The position numbers and the translations under genes are program-made. Below are positions 25,134 through 34,600 of a stretch of 37,344 bases of DNA, one piece after another. Within the stretch, counting starts at the first letter, position 1. Each line of letters opens with the position of its first letter. The notes below the pieces were generated by a model. The model made no database searches. It saw only the letters and a program-made list of their open reading frames with translations, and had not been told where the DNA came from. Origin of the DNA: an uncultured Gammaproteobacteria bacterium (lineage in GTDB: Bacteria > Patescibacteriota > Microgenomatia > UBA8517); contig CAYNFU010000004.1 in NCBI GenBank assembly GCA_964396785.1, positions 1 through 37,344 on the forward strand, read 5' to 3'.

Positions 25134-27119
25134 TTAGGGGGTTGGAGAGGGCGATGGTTCACCTTCTGGAGGTTGAGACTCTTCGGGAAGTTCAAGTGGA
25201 GGTTCAAGCGGCGGCACTGTTTCTTCTCCTTGAGGAGGTGTAAGGCTTTCCCCGCCTTGAGCTTCAGCAGATTTCTTGGCCTGTAAATCCTCAAGTTCTT
25301 TCTGGGCGGTTAAAAAGTCTTGTGAATTTTTGTCTTGTATTAAGGATAGTACCAATGTCATCTGGGTTATGGCTTTATCAATTTCCCCATTATCCCTGTA
25401 GGCAAATGCCAAATTATAATGCCCATTGGCTAGATCCGGTTTGGTAGCAACTGCAAGCTCCATCACCCTTACAGCCTCTCCATACTGCTTGAGTCCATAA
25501 TGTACTCCCCCCAGAGAAATTCTTAAGTTGGGGTTTAGTGGGTCAAGAGCAACAGCCTGTGAATATGTTTGGACAGCGAAGTTATCGGCTCCTTCAGCAA
25601 TGGGCATAATTGCCCTATAAATTCCAGCCAAAACCTCCCAGTTTCCCGCCCTGGCTGGATTTAGCACAACCGCAGCTTTTCCTTCGTTTATTGCTTGCTG
25701 GACGAGCTGAGTGAGAGTGGTTCTTTCTGCCTCTGTTAAGTCAGCCTTTTGAGCAAGATTTCTGGCAATGGCTAGGTTTACTTGTGAAAATATCGAATGA
25801 TACCTGTCAACCTGGGGATTTAGCCTTATAGCAGTTCTTACTTTGTCATAAGTAGCCTGTCCGTCACCACGAGCAAGTGCATCAATTCCCTCCTTAAATG
25901 TGTATTCAGCGACAAGGGTTCTTCCCATATAGAATGTAAATAGAGCGACAGCCAAAATAACGGGTAGACTTACTATTAATGAGGGAAGTCGAGAGCTAGC
26001 TCCAGAAACCCCTACGGAGGTCAAATTAAGCGAGGTGTGTGTAGTTTTGGCAAATAATGAAAGAAGGATAAATAAAAGAATGCTCACAAGTATGGTTACC
26101 GGGAAGAAGGCCAAAAGGATAAGTAATAGGCATAGAGAAATCGTTTCTGGGTAAGAGCGAAGACTTGAAAGCTCTCCCTCTTTCATTTCGCGTCTAACTA
26201 CCCTAAAGACCGAGTAGACTAAGATTAGGAGTGCAGCAAGCCCAAGCAATCCTATTTCTGTTAGGGCCGTTAGATAGAAATCCCTACCTGTTGCAAATCT
26301 CACAGGCCAAAGGTCTGTCGAGTTATATGCGATCGGCTTAAATCGGGAAAAAGCAGTTATATAGTTACCCGGCCCTATTCCAAGTACTGGGGATTGCTTA
26401 AGGGAGTCGACTGCTACATTCCAGGTTACTCCAAAACTTGGGAATCGGGGAGAGAAAGGTTTTCCAGGAAGCATTTGATAAATTGACGCTGAAAGCGCAA
26501 GGCCGGTTAAGATTATAAAGACAATTGCTACTCCCTTTTTAAGCATAGCCTTTTCCCTCAAAAATTCTGAGATACCCAAGGGAAGAAGGGCTCCAAGAAA
26601 TATTGCGGCGGGCAAGTATCCTCCGTCTGGCGTAAATCCTGCGCTTCTTACTGCTGCCGGAAGGCCAGAAATTGAGGAAAGTGTCCCCGATACTCCCAAA
26701 AGGAGAATTAAGGCGAAAATACTCGATGCGGCAAGAAGTATTGTCAGGAGGGCCTTCTTCTCAGATGCCCCCATTTGGTTGATTAGGTAATAAAGAAGTG
26801 CCCCGCCAACAAAAGCAGTTGCCGTTCCCGGAAGTAAGTAAGCCTCCATCTTATTGGGGGTTCTTAAGATCGCGCTTAAAAGGTAGGAAGCCGCCAGTAG
26901 TAGAACCGGAAAGTCAAGGCTTCCTACTTGAAATTCAAGCTTACCGCTTAAAATAACCCTTACTGCCTTTACCAGGAGAAGAAGTCCAACACCTATGGCC
27001 AGAACCGCCAACCTTCCGGGTGTAAATATATTAGGCGAAATGGGAAGAAGTGCGAGGGGGAGTAAAAATACCGTCGCATATACCAAATACTTCTCAAGTT
27101 TTTCCAATAGAACCTGCAT
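25134..27119 (-). CDS. O-antigen ligase/oligosaccharyltransferase-like (Wzy_C) membrane protein with TPR repeats and Pro/Glu-rich tail
   Basis: About 12 TMs; SPVLGIGPGNY, YLTALTEIGLLG; TPRs AVVLNP, AVALDPLNP, KPDLANGHYNLA. Confidence 0.8.
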   Translation of the reverse strand: MQVLLEKLEKYLVYATVFLLPLALLPISPNIFTPGRLAVLAIGVGLLLLVKAVRVILSGKLEFQVGSLDFPVLLLAASYLLSAILRTPNKMEAYLLPGTATAFVGGALLYYLINQMGASEKKALLTILLAASSIFALILLLGVSGTLSSISGLPAAVRSAGFTPDGGYLPAAIFLGALLPLGISEFLREKAMLKKGVAIVFIILTGLALSASIYQMLPGKPFSPRFPSFGVTWNVAVDSLKQSPVLGIGPGNYITAFSRFKPIAYNSTDLWPVRFATGRDFYLTALTEIGLLGLAALLILVYSVFRVVRREMKEGELSSLRSYPETISLCLLLILLAFFPVTILVSILLFILLSLFAKTTHTSLNLTSVGVSGASSRLPSLIVSLPVILAVALFTFYMGRTLVAEYTFKEGIDALARGDGQATYDKVRTAIRLNPQVDRYHSIFSQVNLAIARNLAQKADLTEAERTTLTQLVQQAINEGKAAVVLNPARAGNWEVLAGIYRAIMPIAEGADNFAVQTYSQAVALDPLNPNLRISLGGVHYGLKQYGEAVRVMELAVATKPDLANGHYNLAFAYRDNGEIDKAITQMTLVLSLIQDKNSQDFLTAQKELEDLQAKKSAEAQGGESLTPPQGEETVPPLEPPLELPEESQPPEGEPSPSPTP

Positions 27120-27247
27120 TTAAGTTAGTTTATTTACGCCCTTACAAATAGTCTTGTCAAGTGCCATTTTAGAACAAAATACAACTCTGTATATAAAAGT
27201 ATATAGTAAGGCATATATTGATATACATATTATAAATAGTATATCGG

Positions 27248-30200
27248 CTAAGGCGGACCAGTGGCAGATCCGAAAAAGACCGCACCCTCGTTATATGCCT
27301 TTTTAACCTGAGCCTGACTTAAGGGGTAACTGTAAATACGGACATTGTCAATTTGACCATCGAAAGGATTGCCCTCATCAGACTCCGAACCTATTTGAAA
27401 AGAAACAGCCGGGTCTGAAGGTAAAGATCCTACGGTACTTCCGGCAGTCACAATTCCATCGACATAGACGAAGATCTGTCCGATATCATTATCCCAAACG
27501 CCCACGATATGGTGCCAACCTGCCGCCGTAATTGTAATACCCGAGCTATTGACAATGTCTCCGACCGATCCGTTTCCCACATTGAAAACAGATAAATCTC
27601 CTACATTAATATACAGAGCCCAACCGTCAATGAGTGTGGATGAAATATCATCTTTTTTCGAAGCAATTACGTCAAGTGTATTAAATGTTGCCCGATTTAC
27701 CCAGGCTTCGACTGAAAAACCAGAATCAACTATGTTGAATTGACTTTGGTCACCCATATCTACATAGTCCGCGTTGGCTGCCGTAGCGTCGCCGTCAAAA
27801 TCCAAAGAAGCATTTCTTTTGCCGGTTGTTCCGTTATTCCACATCTCCGTTGTCGTTCCTGAGCTACAGGAGCCTACAGAAGTATTACTTCCTCCGGAGC
27901 CTGCCGAAATTGTTCCGTTTAAACCGAAAGCCTCACCACTACTGTTAATAGCAGAATTATAGGCAGTTGTGCCCGAACACTCATCGAGCTTATACCAAGC
28001 CCAAGGTGCCCCACGGTTATATGTATAAACTGTTTGGGCGTCGGTAAGTGTATAGTTATAAAATCGAACATCGTCGATTGTTCCATCCCAGCCGTCGCTA
28101 GTTCCGTCTCTGTCCATTCCGATATATAGGGCATTAGCATTTGTTAAGGTAGCCAACGCAGCTCCTCCCGACGCAACCACTCTTCCATCAACGAAAAGTT
28201 TTAAACCTTCCGATGTATCGCGTTTTCCAACAACGTGGTGCCAGAGGCTATCGTCATAGTCAATCCCGCTAGTACAGGCAAAGGCATCCGGAGTCCAAGT
28301 TGTATCATCATCGGTTGCAAAACAAAAGTCGCCGCTGTCGTCCATATAAAGTTTGTAACCCCCGTTTGTGGTATCTGCCTTAGTCATAATATAGTCGTTG
28401 CTTGTCGAGATGGCGCCATTATGTTTAACCCAGGCCATTATGGTAAATCCCTGATCGTCGGCAACATCGAATTCGGAATCGTCCGCCCAGGAAAGATATT
28501 CGTTGGAGCCATCAAGAGTCAAAACGGAGCTACTTTTATTAAGATACATGGATTTGGACCAATCTGTTTCCTCGATGTTGTTCATGGTCATATTATTTTC
28601 ACCTCCCGAGGAATCACTTACAGTTGTTGTACCCGTTCCTTCGCTTAGTCTCCACCAGCCGTTAGGGGGATTTCCTCCAAGACCACCGTCGTCATAGCCG
28701 GTGATATCCCCGAGTACGGCGCTGGATCCGTAATTCATATCAACCTTAACCTCAGAAGAGAAGAGAGCAGAACGGAAGATTTTTACCTCGTCAAGGTCGC
28801 CATTAAAGTCGTCCGTATCGTTGGTTGCGTTTCTATCGCCAATTGTCAAAGAGTCAGTGTTTGACAGGTTTCCGGTTGCGGTAAGTGTAGCGTCAGCATC
28901 AACTAATTTCGCGTCTATATAAAGCTCAAGACGCCCAGTTGTGGTATTTCGTATGCAAACCGCATGATGCCATGTTTGGTCGTAGTAGTCTGTATTTGCG
29001 GCTGTATCTCCGGCAGAATCTTCGGGGAAAGTAGTTGCATCATCGTCAATTCCACAGACGATCTCTGCATTTGTGGCAGTTGCCCATATGGCATAACCCG
29101 CTGATGCGGCCTCTTTACTTACAAGGTACTCGTCGTTTGAGGGATTTGTCAGGGAATCCGATTTAAACCACAGACTTAACGAGAAATCTTCGGCTGTATT
29201 AAAGTCGAAATCTGGATCATCTGTCTTTGAAAGCCAATTGGCCCCCGTTCCATTCCAGGCACCATTAAATTTACCAGACGGGGTCCAAGATGAGCTGTTT
29301 AAAGTCAAATCATTGTTATTGGTTGTGGTATCTTGGGCAGTAGTACCGTATTCATCGTCCATTTTCCAGCGGGCAACATATGAACCAACGGGGGAGCCGG
29401 GGGAGGGGTGGCCGGCATTCATATCTGTGATTAATTGAGTCGAGTTACGGGCATAGGCGTAGACTTTAACATCGTCGACCCTAGAATTTACATTAAAAGG
29501 AGAGCTTGCACCTCCCATAATTGAAAAGAGTTGAGTGTTTGTCATGGAATCTACACTTGAAATTGTTCCGGCTTCGGAAGTCTTATCTTTAACCCCATTT
29601 ATATATACTGCCGTATTTGTAGTGGAGTCACGATCAAAAACCGCGGCAATGTGATACCAAGTATTGGCAGTGAGCCTCGTAAAAGCGGTACAGGTCTCGT
29701 ATTTGTCCGTACCATCCGCGACATATAGGCAAATGTTGCCATCGTTTGGATTGGACCATGCCAGCAAAGCATATCCGGCTCCGGTATCAAGTGCGTTGGC
29801 CTTTTTACGAATTAGTAATAAATCGTTGTCAGTATCTTCCCGATAAAACCAACCTTCAATTGTCAGGTTCTCTCCCTTTATGTCAGTAATAGTGTTTTGG
29901 GTAGTAGTAATCGCGTCTGATGATTGTCCAACTCTTACTCCACTTCCAAATTTTGCAGTTGTCCAGCTAGCTCCGGAGGCTAAAGTAAGCGTATCAATTC
30001 CTGCGCCGCCGAATTCTAAAGAGCCGCTGGTATCATTTGCCGAAGTTCCCGTATTTTCGTCTAGTTGGTAATAGGCAATTGGAGCAGGTCCCCAGGAATA
30101 GAGTTTTTCGATTTCGGCTGAGGACATTGCTCGGTTGTAGATGCGAACGTCGTCAATTTTACCGGTGTAGTCGTATAGCCCGTACGCGGCACTTCCACCA

Positions 30201-31582
30201 TTACCCAGAGAGACATCATCGTTATTAGCCGTAGTTGCTGTAGTAGTATCAGTGACTGATCCGGCTTGAATTCCGTCAACGTATATGAATACCTTGTCTC
30301 CGGTAACATCTCGAACTCCCACGATGTGGTGCCAAACTCCATCGTTAACATTTGGTGCGTAACAGGCAGTCGGAGTATTTGTGCCGTCGGATAATTTGAA
30401 ACATGCGTCCGAGCCGTTATTTAAATTGAGGAAGTAAGGATAAGCACCGGAGCTACTGTCATTTTTCATAGCAATTGCCGCCTCAAATCCCACAAAAGTA
30501 GTGGTATTTATCCATGCACTTATCGAATACGAATCGGTTGTTGCACCCAAATCTACGGGTGCAACTTCAGTAAATCGAACGACATCATCTGTACCGTCAA
30601 AAGTAAGGCTAGGTCCGAATTTACCTGTAGTCCAGGTAGTTTGACCCGTAAATGTTTGGCTGGTAATTCCGTTTCCGCTTGAATCACCTGTAGTCGTTCC
30701 GGAATTTTCATCCAGTCTCCAATATCCGACAAGACCATTAGAAAGATAAGATGAATCCGAAATTCCAAAAGAGGCAGAGGTTCCACCGGACGGGGAATTC
30801 TTGGCAAAATCTCCTTTAATACCGCTGGCCGAGCGTGCCAAGCGGTATACTTTGAGTTCGTCCAAAAAACCCACCCAGCCGTTACTTGAGCCATCACCGT
30901 CCATGCCCAAATAAAAAGTGTCCGAATTATCAACATTGCCCGTAGACGTAAGGCTAGTTGTTCCGATTAAATTTGCGTCGATGTAAAGAGAGATACTTGA
31001 AGAGCCGCTTTTAACAGCTTCTACTTGATGCCATTGGTTGTCGTCGTAATTTGCGGCGGTTGATGTAACGGAGTCCTCGGGAAAAGAAGTTTGGTCATCG
31101 TCTATTCCAAAAGTAATATCGCCGTCGGACTCCATTAGGATTTTGTAGCCGCCATCCGTGCCAGTGGCGGAATTATATTTGGCTACCAGCACTTGTTGGC
31201 CGGAAGTCATCGGGGTGTGCCTAAACCATAAAGTAATTGTGAAGCTCTGGCTGCCGGTGAAATCAAGGTCTACGTCGTCGCCGAAAGATACCAAATCTCC
31301 AGTGCCGTCAAAATAGAGACATTTTCCGTCGAAACATAGATCGTCAGTTTTCCAGACGGCATTTGTAATAGTTCCTGTTACATTACCCTGCTGATCGCCA
31401 ACCGATTCACCGTAACCCTCATCGAGTTTTACCAGGGTATCTGCTAGGACCATGCTGGGATCGCGAAGTGTCAGGTAGGCGATAGGTAGTATGACTATAA
31501 TTACTATAAGAGAGAAAACAAACAATATTTTCCTAAGTTTCCTGGTTCTTTTGAACAAAGAACAAACACCCTTAGGAGTCAT
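27248..31582 (-). CDS. Membrane-anchored/secreted protein with six LamG (ConA-like) domains
   Basis: N-terminal basic region plus TM; six repeats of (W/Y)xLDE.G...WHH/WYH...YIDG/YVDG...G.(I/L)D(D/E)V(R/K).Y. Start taken as MTPKG (31582). Confidence 0.88.
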   Translation of the reverse strand: MTPKGVCSLFKRTRKLRKILFVFSLIVIIVILPIAYLTLRDPSMVLADTLVKLDEGYGESVGDQQGNVTGTITNAVWKTDDLCFDGKCLYFDGTGDLVSFGDDVDLDFTGSQSFTITLWFRHTPMTSGQQVLVAKYNSATGTDGGYKILMESDGDITFGIDDDQTSFPEDSVTSTAANYDDNQWHQVEAVKSGSSSISLYIDANLIGTTSLTSTGNVDNSDTFYLGMDGDGSSNGWVGFLDELKVYRLARSASGIKGDFAKNSPSGGTSASFGISDSSYLSNGLVGYWRLDENSGTTTGDSSGNGITSQTFTGQTTWTTGKFGPSLTFDGTDDVVRFTEVAPVDLGATTDSYSISAWINTTTFVGFEAAIAMKNDSSSGAYPYFLNLNNGSDACFKLSDGTNTPTACYAPNVNDGVWHHIVGVRDVTGDKVFIYVDGIQAGSVTDTTTATTANNDDVSLGNGGSAAYGLYDYTGKIDDVRIYNRAMSSAEIEKLYSWGPAPIAYYQLDENTGTSANDTSGSLEFGGAGIDTLTLASGASWTTAKFGSGVRVGQSSDAITTTQNTITDIKGENLTIEGWFYREDTDNDLLLIRKKANALDTGAGYALLAWSNPNDGNICLYVADGTDKYETCTAFTRLTANTWYHIAAVFDRDSTTNTAVYINGVKDKTSEAGTISSVDSMTNTQLFSIMGGASSPFNVNSRVDDVKVYAYARNSTQLITDMNAGHPSPGSPVGSYVARWKMDDEYGTTAQDTTTNNNDLTLNSSSWTPSGKFNGAWNGTGANWLSKTDDPDFDFNTAEDFSLSLWFKSDSLTNPSNDEYLVSKEAASAGYAIWATATNAEIVCGIDDDATTFPEDSAGDTAANTDYYDQTWHHAVCIRNTTTGRLELYIDAKLVDADATLTATGNLSNTDSLTIGDRNATNDTDDFNGDLDEVKIFRSALFSSEVKVDMNYGSSAVLGDITGYDDGGLGGNPPNGWWRLSEGTGTTTVSDSSGGENNMTMNNIEETDWSKSMYLNKSSSVLTLDGSNEYLSWADDSEFDVADDQGFTIMAWVKHNGAISTSNDYIMTKADTTNGGYKLYMDDSGDFCFATDDDTTWTPDAFACTSGIDYDDSLWHHVVGKRDTSEGLKLFVDGRVVASGGAALATLTNANALYIGMDRDGTSDGWDGTIDDVRFYNYTLTDAQTVYTYNRGAPWAWYKLDECSGTTAYNSAINSSGEAFGLNGTISAGSGGSNTSVGSCSSGTTTEMWNNGTTGKRNASLDFDGDATAANADYVDMGDQSQFNIVDSGFSVEAWVNRATFNTLDVIASKKDDISSTLIDGWALYINVGDLSVFNVGNGSVGDIVNSSGITITAAGWHHIVGVWDNDIGQIFVYVDGIVTAGSTVGSLPSDPAVSFQIGSESDEGNPFDGQIDNVRIYSYPLSQAQVKKAYNEGAVFFGSATGPP

Positions 31583-31593
31583 ATATTTAATAT

Positions 31594-31621
31594 TCATAAA
31601 TCTTAAATCGTAAATCATAAT
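31594..31621. repeat. Four imperfect tandem heptamers TCATAAA-TCTTAAA-TCGTAAA-TCATAAT
   Basis: Read directly between the giant fibre gene and the LamG gene. Confidence 0.8.
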
Positions 31622-31624
31622 TTA

Positions 31625-34600
31625 TTATTGAGAACTTGCCTGTTTTGTATCAACTATCCACCAGTTAAATTCGACGTCGGATGTTGATTCTTGATCAAAA
31701 CCAACAATAAACATTGGTTCACAAGAACCCGTTGCTTCTTCACACCCATCCTGCGACTTTACATAAAGAACATTATTGCCGGTCGAAGTCGTGGGGGTCA
31801 CATAAATTAACGCATTAACTTTGGTATTTATATTTTTAATAGTTACTTCGGCAAGACCGGCAGGAATTAGACCCTTCCCTGCAGTTGTTAAGGACTCAAT
31901 TACATAATTACCGTTTAAATCATATGTTCCTTCGGCAGAATCAGTTGTAATTGCGACATGCTTTGTTGCTAGATCAGAGAAAGTGGCGGTTTCACTTGAT
32001 AAGGTGGAGGATTCGATTTTGCCAGCCACTGTGAGGTCACCCTCAATTATCATATTTCCGGAAGTATCGATTCTCACCTTGCCAGCCATAAATTCTATTG
32101 GAGCCAGGGCGAGTGCCTGTAGGCGAAGAGGGGAGGAGAGACTATCAATAGTATTTACGATTTCGCCACTACTATTTTGGGAAGATTGAATAAATAGAGC
32201 GTTTCCGACAGATATAGCAGATGTAACTGATAGGGAATTGACTGCGGCTTGCTCCGTTACGTAAAGGTTTGTTGTTGACACCTCGTTCAGATTCGCAGAG
32301 CCGCTTGCAGTGTCTATTTGCCAATCGCCGCTTGATGTAAGTAGCGATTGGTCGACCTCAACCTCTGCAAGCAACGCCTCTATCTCTTCTCTTGTAATTC
32401 CTGAAATATTAGCCGATGTCAGATCTGCAAAGTTGCCTGCTCTTGAAACTATCTCATCGGCGTAGATTTTACCTGCCCTTAGTTCTCCAGAAACTGTGGC
32501 ATCACCGGCGAATTCGGCATTACCCTGTGCGTCGATCGAGGCTACTTGCTTTCCCTCTTCTCCTTTAATTGAGAGTTTTCCGTAGGAGGTAGTTGAGCCG
32601 GGTTGCGTATTTTCAAGGTTTATGACCAAATTACTCTTACTAACCGGCGAGATTATCTGGGTTTTAACAAGCGGCGAAACAAGACCCGAGCTTATAAGAA
32701 GGTTGTCGACTCTTGCCGTAGTGGCCTCAAGGACTACGGTTGCAAGTTTCTTGCTTTCGATTACCCCGGCTTTAATATTGGCGGCAACAAGATTTGCCAA
32801 AGCATCAATTTTTGTTATTAGCTCACCGGCATTTAGGACTTGGTAGGTGCCCTCGGGAGTTTCGGCTATTTCAAGATCGGGGAGGTTTAGATTACCCTCG
32901 CCGTTTAGAGCAATTTCAGAGCCGGTATCGTACCAGGAAAGGTTTACAAAAACTGTAATAGCGGTTTTTGGCTGACTAGGATCCCAAGACTCGAGGGCTT
33001 TCCCAATGACCGGACCGCTATATACAGCCTTCATCGCCTTACCAGGCTCAGCACTTGAGGTTAAGTAGTCTCCGACGGCAATTGCTTCTGAGCTATGAGA
33101 GATTAGAACCGGAACTCGTCCGGCAAGGGCTATTGGGAAAGCACCGCCAGAATTCTCTCCTAGCGTGATCCCTGGATTTGTTGAGACGACCCCGATGGTT
33201 TGGACTTGATAGGCGTTGCTACTTCTTAAGACCTCATCGCCGTTATTATTTGAAATTTGGACAACTTCACCGGGGGCAAGGCTATCCGGGCTTTCAAAAA
33301 ACTCTGCCAAGTCAGCCCCCCCAGTTTGGTCGCCGTCCAAGTCCAAAAACTCAATCATATTCCAGGTGGTGCCGTCATATATAAACGAAATCATATCTCC
33401 CGCTGTTCCTCCTGTAATGTTTGTACTTCCGCAGTTTAGGGTAGAGCAGTCAAAGTCGGTACCCGTGCCGTCTATTTCGATAAAAATAATCTGACCCGCG
33501 CTTCCATTGGTGAAGTTGGTTATTGTTCCATTGGCGTTTCCGATAAAGTGAGAGCCCCCAGCAACAGACGGGGTAGTCCCCGAAGGAAGAGTTTGCTGGG
33601 TATCCAGAGCAAATGCACCTTGAACAACCATTTGTCCGGTTGCGGGCAGGTCAAAGACGATATCTCCGGAATTGTAGGTTTTAAGGGTCAAATTATTCGA
33701 CTCAGCGGGTTCTCCAGCCTGAATGGTCAGAGGGCCATAACTATCTATTAAGGAGGCGGTTTGATTGGTAAAGACGAGGTCATAGGCAAGAGATACGTCG
33801 CCCGATGCCGTAAAGTTATGAGGGAGGTTTGAGTTAATTTGATTTTCGGATACGTTAAATAGGGAGGTTGAGCCGTCAACGATATTTAGGATATATCCGG
33901 AGGATAGGGTACCGTTTGTACCTATTCCTACCTGTAAAATATCTCCAGAGGTTGAGGTAGAAGATGACCCCGGATCCCATTCTATAAGGCCGATATTGCC
34001 GGTAAAGGTGGTACTGGCCAGAGTCGATTCTATATGCAGCAAGTTGCCGCCTGTAAGGGAGCTTGAATTAAGATACATGCCTGTTCCCGTAGTCAAAGCA
34101 TTGTCCGTAAATACCCAGGCCGATGAGGAGGTAGATGTTGATGCAACCGAAGAGGTAAATGTTTGGGAGCCGGTTCCGGAAGTAAGATTAAGAGCCGTAG
34201 CACCCGTTGCATTTCCGATGTTTATGGTTTTGGCGATTGCATTTCCGATTGAAATTGCACCCGTTCCTGAGTCTATTTCTACCGATGAAGTTGAGGTTTC
34301 ACTTCCTATGACTACTGTTTTTGCTGCCCCTCCAGTTCCTACATTTACGGTTTCAGCCGAAGCATCGTCTCCAAGGGATAAAGTACCGGTTGTCCCAGAG
34401 TTTATAGATAGGGCGGTTGCTGCCGGAGTATCTATATTTCCTCCCACAACTGTCAAATCTCCCGTTAAAACGGCATTGCCACTCGTAGTTAGGTAAAGAA
34501 GTTCGCTAAAGGTAGCTGCGGTATCCCCAGTACCGGGAGCGGCTCCTTGGAAGCTAAGCGTATCATTGCCGACATCATGCCAGATCTCATAAGCCGATTC

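Noticed and set aside
31583-31618. N-terminal extension MIYDLRFMNIKY of the LamG protein
   Set aside because: It is a translation of the heptamer repeat; a downstream Met is more plausible.
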